Assembly (NCBI GenBank): GCA_944387385.1
Contig: CALXES010000003.1
Coordinates: forward strand, 93 to 64,092
DNA length: 64,000 nucleotides
Source: an uncultured Clostridia bacterium
Lineage (GTDB): Bacteria; Bacillota; Clostridia; TANB77; CAG-465
Direction of reading: 5' to 3'
The notes under the pieces are model-generated. The model saw only the letters and a list, made by a program, of their open reading frames with translations. It did no database searches and was not told where the DNA came from. A program made the translations under genes and the position numbers. Below, piece by piece: positions 40,908 to 49,835 of this stretch (the first letter of the stretch is position 1; each line of letters starts with the position of its first letter).

Positions 40908-41627
40908 TTATTTAAAAAACTCTTGTATTCCTATAAAAATCCCCCAAGCTAATTTGTCTTGATACTCATCTTCTTGAAGCTTTTTTGCTTCTTCCTCATT
41001 AGACAAGAAGCCACATTCAACCGTAACTGTTGTATTTTCAACATTATCCATTATATATATTCCTTTTAGCGGTAAAGCCACTCTATTATTTGGAGTAGAA
41101 ATAGATTTATTTAATCCCTCCTGTATACAATTTGCAAGCTTTATACTCTCTTCACTATCTGCTTGATAAAAAGTTTGCCATCCACTATATATGCTCTCTG
41201 GATACTTATTTAGATGGATTGAAACAAAAATATCTACATCTTCTTGATTTCCAATAGCTACTCTATTTTTTATATCACTTACTTTCATTTGTTTTATTGT
41301 ATCACTACTATCTGCAGAATAAATACCATTTTCATCACTTCGTGTTAAATATACAATTCCTCCACTTTGTTCTATTAAAGATTGTAATTTTAATGCGATT
41401 TTTAAATTTATTGCCTCCTCAGTAGTGCCATATAATCCCACTGCTCCCTCATCTGGTTTACCATGCCCAGCATCTATAACAACAACATGAGATGTAACGG
41501 CTGTTGAATTAGTCGTAACACTCTCTTTTTCATTTTTTATTTTTAAAATACCAGCGACTATAAATGAATATACTAAAAATATACAAAAGGCAATAAAATA
41601 TACAACTCTTTTTTTCAATTTTTCCAC
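40908..41627 (-). CDS. cwlD: germination N-acetylmuramoyl-L-alanine amidase CwlD-like
   Basis: IDAGHG, E..INL, SIHLN, GWQTFY, VECGFLSN; N-terminal TM; upstream CATAATAT sigma-E-like -10. Confidence 0.75.
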   Translation of the reverse strand: MEKLKKRVVYFIAFCIFLVYSFIVAGILKIKNEKESVTTNSTAVTSHVVVIDAGHGKPDEGAVGLYGTTEEAINLKIALKLQSLIEQSGGIVYLTRSDENGIYSADSSDTIKQMKVSDIKNRVAIGNQEDVDIFVSIHLNKYPESIYSGWQTFYQADSEESIKLANCIQEGLNKSISTPNNRVALPLKGIYIMDNVENTTVTVECGFLSNEEEAKKLQEDEYQDKLAWGIFIGIQEFFK

Positions 41628-41720
41628 CTATTACATATTATGGTGGTATACCTAAAAAAATTCTAAGTGTACTTTAAATTTAAAAAAACTAGATTAAAAA
41701 ATAATCTAGTTTTTTATAAA

Positions 41721-41966
41721 TTATACTAAAGATTTAAAAATCTCACTAAATAGCTCTATATTATCTTGTAGTTTTAATTGTATAACAAAAATTAAAACAG
41801 TTAAAATAGCTAAAATAATTATTCCAGTAATTATATATTTAAAAAATTTAATTCTTTTTTTAAATTTAGAATAATCAACGCTAAACATACCATGTGGTAC
41901 TTCTATTTTTTTATATTTTTCTTCAAGAATTTTATCTATATCCTTTGACATATTATTTATCCTCAT
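41721..41966 (-). CDS. short membrane-anchored anti-sigma-like protein
   Basis: Overlaps the ECF sigma 3' end; ..KIEVP.. N-terminus, single TM, only about 20 residues after the TM. Confidence 0.55.
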   Translation of the reverse strand: MRINNMSKDIDKILEEKYKKIEVPHGMFSVDYSKFKKRIKFFKYIITGIIILAILTVLIFVIQLKLQDNIELFSEIFKSLV

Positions 41967-42474
41967 ATCTATTTCTTATTTTTTCTTTAATTCTACTGAT
42001 TCTCATTCTTAATGTACCTTCTCTAATATTTAATATTTGACTCATTTCAGTTATACTAAAGTCTTGTGAATATCTCATGGTTATAATGGTTTTTTCTTCT
42101 TCATTTAAAAAATCTATCATTTCAAAAAAGTTTTGTTCTCCTTCTAACTTAAGATATTCATTTTCTTTATCTGGTAGATTATTTACAATAGAATCTTCAA
42201 AACTCAAAACAGATTCTTTCTTTTGTCTTATTATATCGTTACAATTATTAATTAATATTCTTATTATCCAAGGTTTAAAACAAGTTACTCTCTTTAAATA
42301 CCATAAACTCCTATATATATCAAATAATGTCTCCTGTATTGCATCTTCAACATCTGCTTCATTTTTTAATCTTACTACCGCTATAGAATACATTTCTGTT
42401 TTGTATTCTCGAACAATGTTCTCAAAAGCATCAATGTCTCCATTTTTTGCTAAATTTATAATATTCTCTTCCAT
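41953..42474 (-). CDS. ECF RNA polymerase sigma factor
   Basis: AKNGD.DAF, DAIQET, FKPWIIRILIN, region-4 HTH (EGTLRMRISR). Confidence 0.92.
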   Translation of the reverse strand: MEENIINLAKNGDIDAFENIVREYKTEMYSIAVVRLKNEADVEDAIQETLFDIYRSLWYLKRVTCFKPWIIRILINNCNDIIRQKKESVLSFEDSIVNNLPDKENEYLKLEGEQNFFEMIDFLNEEEKTIITMRYSQDFSITEMSQILNIREGTLRMRISRIKEKIRNRYEDK

Positions 42475-42503
42475 AATCTTCCTCTTCTACCTTATTATAT
42501 CAT

Positions 42504-42535
42504 AAAAAAGGGACTTAGTACACCTACTAAATCCC
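42504..42535 (-). terminator. intrinsic terminator
   Basis: GGGATTTAGTA...TACTAAGTCCC followed by T6 on the minus strand. Confidence 0.75.
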
Positions 42536-42548
42536 ACACAACAAAAAC

Positions 42549-43292
42549 TTATTCTACTTCTTCGCTATTATTAATATATGTATTAATATAATTTTGCAAT
42601 GATTCAAATTCACCTGTTTTATTATTCATAACTTGTAATGTATCAATACTATAGTTTTGCACACTTAATCTATTTGCATAATTAACATTAAGCTTTCTTA
42701 GTCCCATATCAAGTCCAATTATCTCATATTTATCATTATTTTTCTTTAAATAAATTAAGTATGTATAACCTTCTTCTATTTCGATGTCATCTGAGATTAC
42801 AATATTAATATATGTATTGTCTAAATCAATATCTACTCCAGCTTGTTGTCGTAAATATGCACGTTTTAAGTTTGCATTAACTGGTTGAGTATCTTCCCAT
42901 TCAGCCATATTCATTACTCCACCATTTTTAATATACTCTACTACTTGTCCTTGTTGTAAATCACCTTGTAAAGTTTGATTTATTAGCAATTTACCTGTTG
43001 TTACACCAAATAGTCCAGTTTCCGGATCACCATCATCAAGTGAAATTACAGAAGCTATTACTATATCATCTGCATCTTCTCCTAGGCTCTCAGGTGTATA
43101 GGCCTCTTCAAGGCACAAGTCTACGCTACAGTCTTGCATATTGTCAAGCATATCCTGAGTAATATATGAAGTAACTTCATATTCTCTTGTTGGATCTATT
43201 TTTGTTTTGCCAAAACTAGATACTCCATAAACGACAACAGCGCTCAGACCTAATGCGATAAACAAAAATATAAGCATAGTTTTTCTTTTCAT
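42549..43292 (-). CDS. secreted or membrane-anchored hypothetical protein
   Basis: MKRK plus hydrophobic helix after an AGGGG RBS; acidic extracellular domain. Confidence 0.75.
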   Translation of the reverse strand: MKRKTMLIFLFIALGLSAVVVYGVSSFGKTKIDPTREYEVTSYITQDMLDNMQDCSVDLCLEEAYTPESLGEDADDIVIASVISLDDGDPETGLFGVTTGKLLINQTLQGDLQQGQVVEYIKNGGVMNMAEWEDTQPVNANLKRAYLRQQAGVDIDLDNTYINIVISDDIEIEEGYTYLIYLKKNNDKYEIIGLDMGLRKLNVNYANRLSVQNYSIDTLQVMNNKTGEFESLQNYINTYINNSEEVE

Positions 43293-43366
43293 AACAGAAT
43301 TCCCCCTATATAGTTGTACAACATCTAAGCTACATAATTTAGTTCGTTGAATTTGCATCTATAATA

Positions 43367-43394
43367 TAGACGGAAATTTTTCCAATTTTGTCAC
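43367..43394 (-). promoter_or_regulatory. putative ECF-sigma promoter
   Basis: GTGACA-16 bp-CGTCTA; CGTC -10 resembles Bacillus SigW/SigV/SigM-type promoters. Confidence 0.5.
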
Positions 43395-43453
43395 ATAAAA
43401 TTGAAAAAAACTTAAAAATTTTAAAAATTTTTAAGTTTTTCTATAAAATTATA

Positions 43454-43936
43454 CTATTTTTTGTCATAAATTATAAAATGTTTAAGTTCTTTTTTAGTAT
43501 TTTTTAAAAGTTCTAATTTTAAAAACTCTGGTTTAAAATTATCTAACTTATTAATCTCTAACCATTTAAACTCTAATTTTACTTTCTCATATTTATCATC
43601 TTCTATTACCAAATAATCTTTTTGAATAACTTTAGTTTTAGGTTTAAGTAAGTAATAAAATCCAAGTTCATGAAAATGTCCTAGTTTTCCTTCAAAGAAA
43701 TTCTCTGTTACATATAATAATTTATCTATAACAATATCTATTCCAGTCTCTTCATAAAATTCTCTTAATATTGCTTCTTCTGTATTCTCCATTATCTCTA
43801 CATGTCCACCAGGCAAACAATAAAAACCGTTATTATTAATTTGAACAGTGAGAATTTTATTATCAACAATTAAAATTCCAGAAACTCTATATTTAAATTT
43901 AGTGTCACCAAATGAAAATTTAATATCTTGTTTCAA
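43454..43936 (-). CDS. Nudix hydrolase
   Basis: Nudix box PGGHVEIMENTEEAILREFYEETG. Confidence 0.9.
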   Translation of the reverse strand: MKQDIKFSFGDTKFKYRVSGILIVDNKILTVQINNNGFYCLPGGHVEIMENTEEAILREFYEETGIDIVIDKLLYVTENFFEGKLGHFHELGFYYLLKPKTKVIQKDYLVIEDDKYEKVKLEFKWLEINKLDNFKPEFLKLELLKNTKKELKHFIIYDKK

Positions 43937-43950
43937 AGCTAAATCTCCTT

Positions 43951-44844
43951 TTAGATTAGAGTAGTATCCACATATCTTGTTGGCTTTACATTAAAGTTTA
44001 CAGGTTGTGATAAAGCCTTGATTATATTATCTCTAATATTTCCTTTTCTAAAATCTATATCGTCTTCTTCTGATTGAATACATTGCTTTAAACTACCACA
44101 ACTAGTAACTCTAAGATGCATTTTTTTACATACATCACATTCTCTTATTCTGCAATGAGAATGAAAAAATGTAACTGCTGTAAAGTCTCCATCCATTCCG
44201 TGCCATTCCTTAAATAAATCATCATATTTTGGTTTTAAATTAAAATCAGATATAATTCTCTCTTTCATTTCTAAATATTCTTTTCCTGTAGTTTCAGCAA
44301 CTTCATTTTTTACTTCTTCAAGTATTTTAATTCTTATTTTATTATCATATGCCCATTTAACTAGCTTATATAAATTATCATAATCTCCATTAAATACAGT
44401 TGAAATAGTAACATTTACTCCTGAATTTTTTACTCTTAAAGTATTTTCTAAAGCTTGCTTTGAACTTATTCCAACAGGTGATTGTTTAGAAATTGGTGCA
44501 TCAAAATAATCTAAACCAACAACAACTCTATAAATCCATCCTTTTTCAATCATATACATAAGTTTATCTATTTCAATAATATTTGTATTAATTCCTACCT
44601 TTAAATGATATTTTTCTGCAAGCATTTGACAAATATCAAAAATTTCTTTATGTATAAGAGGTTCTCCTCCTGTAAGTCTTACTTGCTCTAGTCCTAAGTC
44701 ATATGAGTTTTTAATTAGATTTTCTATATCATCTTTACTTAACTGATTAATTACTTTATTTCCTTCATTATGGCAATACACACATTTCATATTGCATCCT
44801 GAAGTTATTGAAATTCTATACTCATTTTTTGGTAACTGTAACAT
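43951..44844 (-). CDS. MoaA-like radical SAM protein
   Basis: CNMKCVYCHNEG, LTGGEP, C-terminal Cys cluster; lacks the MoaA terminal GG. Confidence 0.8.
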   Translation of the reverse strand: MLQLPKNEYRISITSGCNMKCVYCHNEGNKVINQLSKDDIENLIKNSYDLGLEQVRLTGGEPLIHKEIFDICQMLAEKYHLKVGINTNIIEIDKLMYMIEKGWIYRVVVGLDYFDAPISKQSPVGISSKQALENTLRVKNSGVNVTISTVFNGDYDNLYKLVKWAYDNKIRIKILEEVKNEVAETTGKEYLEMKERIISDFNLKPKYDDLFKEWHGMDGDFTAVTFFHSHCRIRECDVCKKMHLRVTSCGSLKQCIQSEEDDIDFRKGNIRDNIIKALSQPVNFNVKPTRYVDTTLI

Positions 44845-44872
44845 TTTTATTTCCTCACTTTCACTACTATAT

Positions 44873-45649
44873 CTAATATCTCTTTTTACCTAAATCTATC
44901 CTCAAGTCATCAAAATCAATATTACTATATCCTTTCATTGCATATTTCCAAAGTTCATTAATCCTTTTTACTTTTTCTTCTTTTGATGTACCTTCCTCTA
45001 TTGCTTTAAAAAATAAATCAATAAATTCTCTTTCTGGTATCTTTTTATGCTGAGCTTTTTGTATCTTTTCATTTGTATATAACTTATATATTTTAGTTTG
45101 CGATAAGTTTGAAAATCCTTTAAGCTTATGATAAAAATCTCTAATTCTTTCTATTGTTAAAAAATAGAAATTCTCGAAATATGGGTCATTTTGCACTCTT
45201 AGCTCTTCTGTTGCAAGTACTGCCTTTCTTATAGAAGCTATCTGATAAATTGCTTCATGTCTTGTATAACCTGGTAAAGCTCTAGAATACTTTTCTTTAA
45301 TGTAATCTATTAATTCTTTTACCTTACCATTTCTATCAAAGATTACTTCTCCATATCCAATCATAGATAAAAGTGAATCTTCACATTTCATATAATCTGA
45401 GTTTGCTCTCTCATATATTTTAGATACGGTTCTTTCAAAATATTCTACTTGAATTCCATTTACAGTTTTAAATCCTTTAATCTGATTTGCATCAGAATCG
45501 TCATCAAATAGTACCATAAGATCAATATCTGAAAATTCATTATAGGTTCCTGTATGAAAGCTTCCGTAAAATACAATACCTTCGACGTCTTCATTTTTTA
45601 AATAATTCATTTCATCAATAAACTTATTTAAAGCATCTCTATAATTCAT
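44873..45649 (-). CDS. Pol-beta superfamily nucleotidyltransferase-domain protein
   Basis: YGS...G.....SDIDL motif plus helical C-terminal domain; GGAG RBS before MNYRD. Confidence 0.82.
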   Translation of the reverse strand: MNYRDALNKFIDEMNYLKNEDVEGIVFYGSFHTGTYNEFSDIDLMVLFDDDSDANQIKGFKTVNGIQVEYFERTVSKIYERANSDYMKCEDSLLSMIGYGEVIFDRNGKVKELIDYIKEKYSRALPGYTRHEAIYQIASIRKAVLATEELRVQNDPYFENFYFLTIERIRDFYHKLKGFSNLSQTKIYKLYTNEKIQKAQHKKIPEREFIDLFFKAIEEGTSKEEKVKRINELWKYAMKGYSNIDFDDLRIDLGKKRY

Positions 45650-45784
45650 ATTTTCACTCCGTACTAAACAAAAAAAATCCAATAGAAAAATTATTTTATT
45701 TCTACTGGATTTAATTATAGCATAATTTTCCAATTTTTACAATAGCATTTAAGTATTATTTTACATAAATTATTTTCATAATAA

Positions 45785-45940
45785 CTATATATCTATAATA
45801 ATTCTTTTATGAACAATCTTCATATTTTTAGTTTCTCTTTGTTTTAAGTCCTCAGGTGCATCATTCACATTACCTGAATATATTACTTTTCCATCTTCTA
45901 GAATATCAACATCATAGTTTCTAACGTCTTTAACCCACAT
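45785..45940 (-). CDS. 51-aa hypothetical protein MWVKDVRNYDVDILEDGKVIYSG... (not in ORF track)
   Basis: AGGAG RBS, ATG start, TAG stop; directly after the ylbF-like gene. Confidence 0.7.
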   Translation of the reverse strand: MWVKDVRNYDVDILEDGKVIYSGNVNDAPEDLKQRETKNMKIVHKRIIIDI

Positions 45941-45949
45941 ATTATACTC

Positions 45950-46288
45950 CTAAAATTTAACTAACTCTTCTATTGCTTCTCCCATTGATTTTTGTAAATC
46001 TGCTAAAATTATATTAATTTTCATTTCACATTCTAAAATTTTTCTGCAATCCTCATTTTGTATAACTATTGAATAAAGATTTTCCATTTCTTCTTTTTTC
46101 TCTTTTGTCACATCTTGTCCATTTAAAAATGCGATTTGAACTTCATTTTGTTTATCTTTAAAATCTTTTAACATGTTATATATCTCTGTATTTGATTTTA
46201 AACCATCTTTTAGCCTTTTATATTCTATATATTCATCTGTTTGCTTAAAAGATGAAACTAAACTATTAATATTATCATAAAAATTCAT
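45950..46288 (-). CDS. YlbF/YmcA/YheA (Com_YlbF) family regulator
   Basis: Helical 112-aa protein with pattern L...K..DEY.EY....DF..KQ..Q. Confidence 0.8.
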   Translation of the reverse strand: MNFYDNINSLVSSFKQTDEYIEYKRLKDGLKSNTEIYNMLKDFKDKQNEVQIAFLNGQDVTKEKKEEMENLYSIVIQNEDCRKILECEMKINIILADLQKSMGEAIEELVKF

Positions 46289-46350
46289 TAAATCACCTGT
46301 CCTTTTGGACTATATTATATAACACTTTTGGTTATTTTTAAACATAAATA

Positions 46351-47043
46351 CTAAATTTTTTCTAAATTTTTGCATATATCAAATTGAGTTTGAGTTAATT
46401 TTCCCTTCTTTCTTGATACAAGTTCTGTTACGTTTTGTATTATTGAATTCTCACTAATACAATTATTATCAAAAGAGACTTTCTTTTTTAATTTATTAAG
46501 TTTTCCAGCAATTTCTTTTATATCTTTTAAATCAAATTTATCATATGCATCATACCAATCATTACACATCTCTTTAAAATTATCCACTTTATCTAAACAC
46601 TTAGAAATTCCATTATATAACTTAGATTTAAAATCTTTACTTGAAATAAAGCCTTTTAAACTTTCAAAAAAATCTTCAATATAATTATAAAATATATTGC
46701 CATATTTTTTAGCATTTTCAACTATTCCTACCCCTATATTAATGGATGTAGTAAGACCTCCCTTTAATGCTGTATCTACCATTTGGTCTATTTGACTTAG
46801 ATTCTCTTTTTTTACTCCAATTATGCTTAATCCTTCATTAATACTACTACTTACTGCTACCTTAATTATATTTAAAAAGTCTCTTTCTTTAAGAGCTTCT
46901 TTAACATCATTTAAAACCTCTTTTATATGCTCATTGACTGGCATAGATTTTATAATGTAATTTGATCCTTTTTCTATTACTTTTGATATTATATTAGATA
47001 CCTCTACTTTATTTTTCTCTATTTCTATATTTTCGTTATTCAT
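46351..47043 (-). CDS. hypothetical helical protein, last gene of the VirB4 operon
   Basis: AGGAGG RBS; overlaps the upstream ATPase stop. Confidence 0.75.
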   Translation of the reverse strand: MNNENIEIEKNKVEVSNIISKVIEKGSNYIIKSMPVNEHIKEVLNDVKEALKERDFLNIIKVAVSSSINEGLSIIGVKKENLSQIDQMVDTALKGGLTTSINIGVGIVENAKKYGNIFYNYIEDFFESLKGFISSKDFKSKLYNGISKCLDKVDNFKEMCNDWYDAYDKFDLKDIKEIAGKLNKLKKKVSFDNNCISENSIIQNVTELVSRKKGKLTQTQFDICKNLEKI

Positions 47044-48175
47044 AATTATCCTCCTTATATTTTAAAATTCTTTCTATTAATTTGTTTTTTAAGTTAAATA
47101 TTCTACCTATATTTAGCTTTCTTAAAATATACTTTAAATTATACTTTAAATACCTTTCTTTATATTTGTTCTTATAGCTTAAAATGAAACTGAAATAAAC
47201 ATATCCATTAATACTAAAACTCATATTATTTAATATACTTTTTAATCTTTTTCTTAAGAATACTTTATTACAAACTATACTTGCATATGATAGAAGATTC
47301 TCATCAATATATATTGTATCAAGGGCATACTCTTTCATAGCCTTTTTAGTAGGTTCTATTATATGAAATAAATTATAACTATTTTCTTTTGCTATACTAT
47401 ATATCTTATTTATTATAAATGTAGACGTATCAACAACAACATAATCATAATAATTTTGTAAACTATCTATAATTTTAGTAATTATCACTGTACTTGGGAC
47501 TGAAATAGATTTTGAATTTAAAATGTACTTTAAATTATAATGTCTAGAATCACTAGTCTCATAGTTTTTAATATCCTTTAATTTATTATCATTTAAGTCT
47601 TTAATATAATCTAATAATGAATAATTTTTATTTACATCTAAATATGTATCTAAAGTTGGACTTATAAAATCCAAATCAATTAAAGCAACTCTTTTTGTTC
47701 TATCTTTAGCTATTATATTTGAAATAACAAGCGATAGTATTGTCTTTCCTACACCTCTACTTCCTGTAATACAAATAACTTTATTATTTTTTTCTTGATT
47801 CTTAAGATATTTATATACAACAATCCTTGGATTTTCAATCAAATCAACTAAACTATCTAAACTAAATTTTAATCCTTCTATTATGTTAAAAACTTCTTTT
47901 GAAAATAAAAACTCTTTTAAATTTTGATCTAGTTTTTTTACTAGTACAATAATTTGTATATTCTTACTCAAACATTTTAATTTTATAATTAAATCTTTAA
48001 ATTTAATCTCTCCATTTATATCTTCCCTAATTAAAAGCACTATTTTTTCATTTTGACATACCAAACTATATACAATATCTGTTGACTTAGCTAAATAAAT
48101 ATCATAATCTTCAGCATATTTTTTAACAACCTTCTCTTCAATCACTTTATTGTTTACAGCTACTATCATCTTCAT
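47036..48175 (-). CDS. MinD/ParA-family ATPase with N-terminal receiver-like domain (CpaE/TadZ-like)
   Basis: ITGSRGVGKT deviant Walker A, ALIDLD, YDYVVVDT; overlaps the VirB4-like gene. Confidence 0.65.
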   Translation of the reverse strand: MKMIVAVNNKVIEEKVVKKYAEDYDIYLAKSTDIVYSLVCQNEKIVLLIREDINGEIKFKDLIIKLKCLSKNIQIIVLVKKLDQNLKEFLFSKEVFNIIEGLKFSLDSLVDLIENPRIVVYKYLKNQEKNNKVICITGSRGVGKTILSLVISNIIAKDRTKRVALIDLDFISPTLDTYLDVNKNYSLLDYIKDLNDNKLKDIKNYETSDSRHYNLKYILNSKSISVPSTVIITKIIDSLQNYYDYVVVDTSTFIINKIYSIAKENSYNLFHIIEPTKKAMKEYALDTIYIDENLLSYASIVCNKVFLRKRLKSILNNMSFSINGYVYFSFILSYKNKYKERYLKYNLKYILRKLNIGRIFNLKNKLIERILKYKEDNYE

Positions 48176-49835
48176 TTATAATACCTCTTTCAAACTCATT
48201 AGGACTTATTTTCAGTTTGACACTATTATTATCTATAAGCAAAATGGCTTCTGCCTTTTTAAGTGATAAGATACTATTAGGATCTACTGTTAAATTGTCA
48301 CTAATAGTCCTTGCCTCAGTATAATTAGATTTAAAGAAAAACTTAAATTTTGAATTATTTAAAATTGTATTTGCATATATTCCATTTTTATATCTATAAA
48401 AATCTGTAATTTCCTGAGTTATTGTTACAATTGAACAATTTCTTTTTCTAATTGTCTTATACATATTAAAAATCATTTCTAGAATTTCTTCTTCTTTTAC
48501 AAATTTCCATAACTCATCAATATATATAATTGTATTAATATCCTCTATATTATTCATTATATATTCAATTATTTTTGATACTAAAAAAGAATTATTTACT
48601 ATATTAGACATATTTAAAACATATAATTTATTTTCTTTTTTTATATTAGTTTTCTTAGAAAAAAACTTTAATTCATTTTCTGTTAAACTACTTAATATAT
48701 CTTTTTGTACTGAATTATCTAAATATTTTATTAAATCTCTTAATGTAGGAAATTTATCGTCTTGTATCATTTCATGTTCTAAGTATATGTTACTTTCATC
48801 TTCAAGCCTAGTTACAGACATAATATCATTTGAAATATTAAAATCTTGATATAATTTATACAACTTTGTCCTAACATATGGTATATCTATTTCATGTATT
48901 CCATTTATAAATTTTAGTACTTTTTCTATTTTTTTATCCAAGAAATTTTCTTGCATTATATCCTTTTTAGTTATTTCAAGAATATTTACATAAGTATTAT
49001 AAAAGAGAGTTGTTCCATAAAAGCTATTACATAAATCTAGATACTCTCCTTCTATATCAAATATAATCTGTTTTCTATTTAAAAAATAATTTCTAATAAT
49101 AAAAAGCTTTGTAAAATATGATTTTCCAGAGCCACTGCTTCCAAAAATACAAATATTTGCATTTTCATATTTACTACTAAAAATATCTAACCTACAAATT
49201 TTATTTTCTGACGTATACCCAAGCATAATTCCATTTTCATCTATAAAATTAGTAGTATAAAACGGAAAAATATTTGAAAGAGCATCTGTAGTTACATAAA
49301 TTTTGTTTAATAATTCTTTATTTTTTAGTGTTAATGGTAAATTTGATAGATAAAACTCTAAGTGTCTAAAATTAGTTATTTCTGCACTTATTCCCTTTGA
49401 AAAAAATTTTGCTTTAATTGAAAAAATAATTTTTAATAATTGATTAAAATCATTTGAATAAAAAGAAAATATTAAAGATATAATATATATTTCTTGATTT
49501 TCTACTTGTATCTTTTTTCTCATGCTTGCGGATTCATCTTTTGTCATACTCAATATATCTATGTTTCTTTGACTTTTATTTATAGTATTTAGTTCACTAC
49601 TTACAGCGCCAATATTATATGTTAAATTATTTAATATTTTAATTGGATCTTGTTTGCTAACATACATTGAAAAATCATAATCTAAATTTCTTGGAAATTC
49701 ATTTACTATATCTAGAAAAAAAATTGTACTAGGTAAAGACTTAATGCTTAAAGAAATAATATAATTATCATTTAATTTAATATATCTAAAATTAGTGTTA
49801 TCTATTATAGTTGGTAAAAAATCACTATTTTCTAT
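48147..49835 (-). CDS. VirB4/TrsE-like conjugation-type ATPase
   Basis: N.N.CIFGSSGSGKS Walker A, IFDIEGEY, PTL.DL, IYIDELW Walker B, RKRN...ITQ; frame is open 56 codons upstream of ATG 49667 to an ATA after GAGGT. Confidence 0.85.
   Translation of the reverse strand: MENSDFLPTIIDNTNFRYIKLNDNYIISLSIKSLPSTIFFLDIVNEFPRNLDYDFSMYVSKQDPIKILNNLTYNIGAVSSELNTINKSQRNIDILSMTKDESASMRKKIQVENQEIYIISLIFSFYSNDFNQLLKIIFSIKAKFFSKGISAEITNFRHLEFYLSNLPLTLKNKELLNKIYVTTDALSNIFPFYTTNFIDENGIMLGYTSENKICRLDIFSSKYENANICIFGSSGSGKSYFTKLFIIRNYFLNRKQIIFDIEGEYLDLCNSFYGTTLFYNTYVNILEITKKDIMQENFLDKKIEKVLKFINGIHEIDIPYVRTKLYKLYQDFNISNDIMSVTRLEDESNIYLEHEMIQDDKFPTLRDLIKYLDNSVQKDILSSLTENELKFFSKKTNIKKENKLYVLNMSNIVNNSFLVSKIIEYIMNNIEDINTIIYIDELWKFVKEEEILEMIFNMYKTIRKRNCSIVTITQEITDFYRYKNGIYANTILNNSKFKFFFKSNYTEARTISDNLTVDPNSILSLKKAEAILLIDNNSVKLKISPNEFERGIINEDDSSCKQ

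Noticed and set aside
43404-43440. AT-rich palindrome AAAAACTTAAAAATTTTAAAAATTTTTAAGTTTTT
   Set aside because: Lies just after the Nudix stop; best explained as a terminator, not a repeat element
43951-44844. Calling the radical SAM gene moaA
   Set aside because: Lacks the C-terminal GG motif, has altered Cys spacing and has no Moco genes nearby
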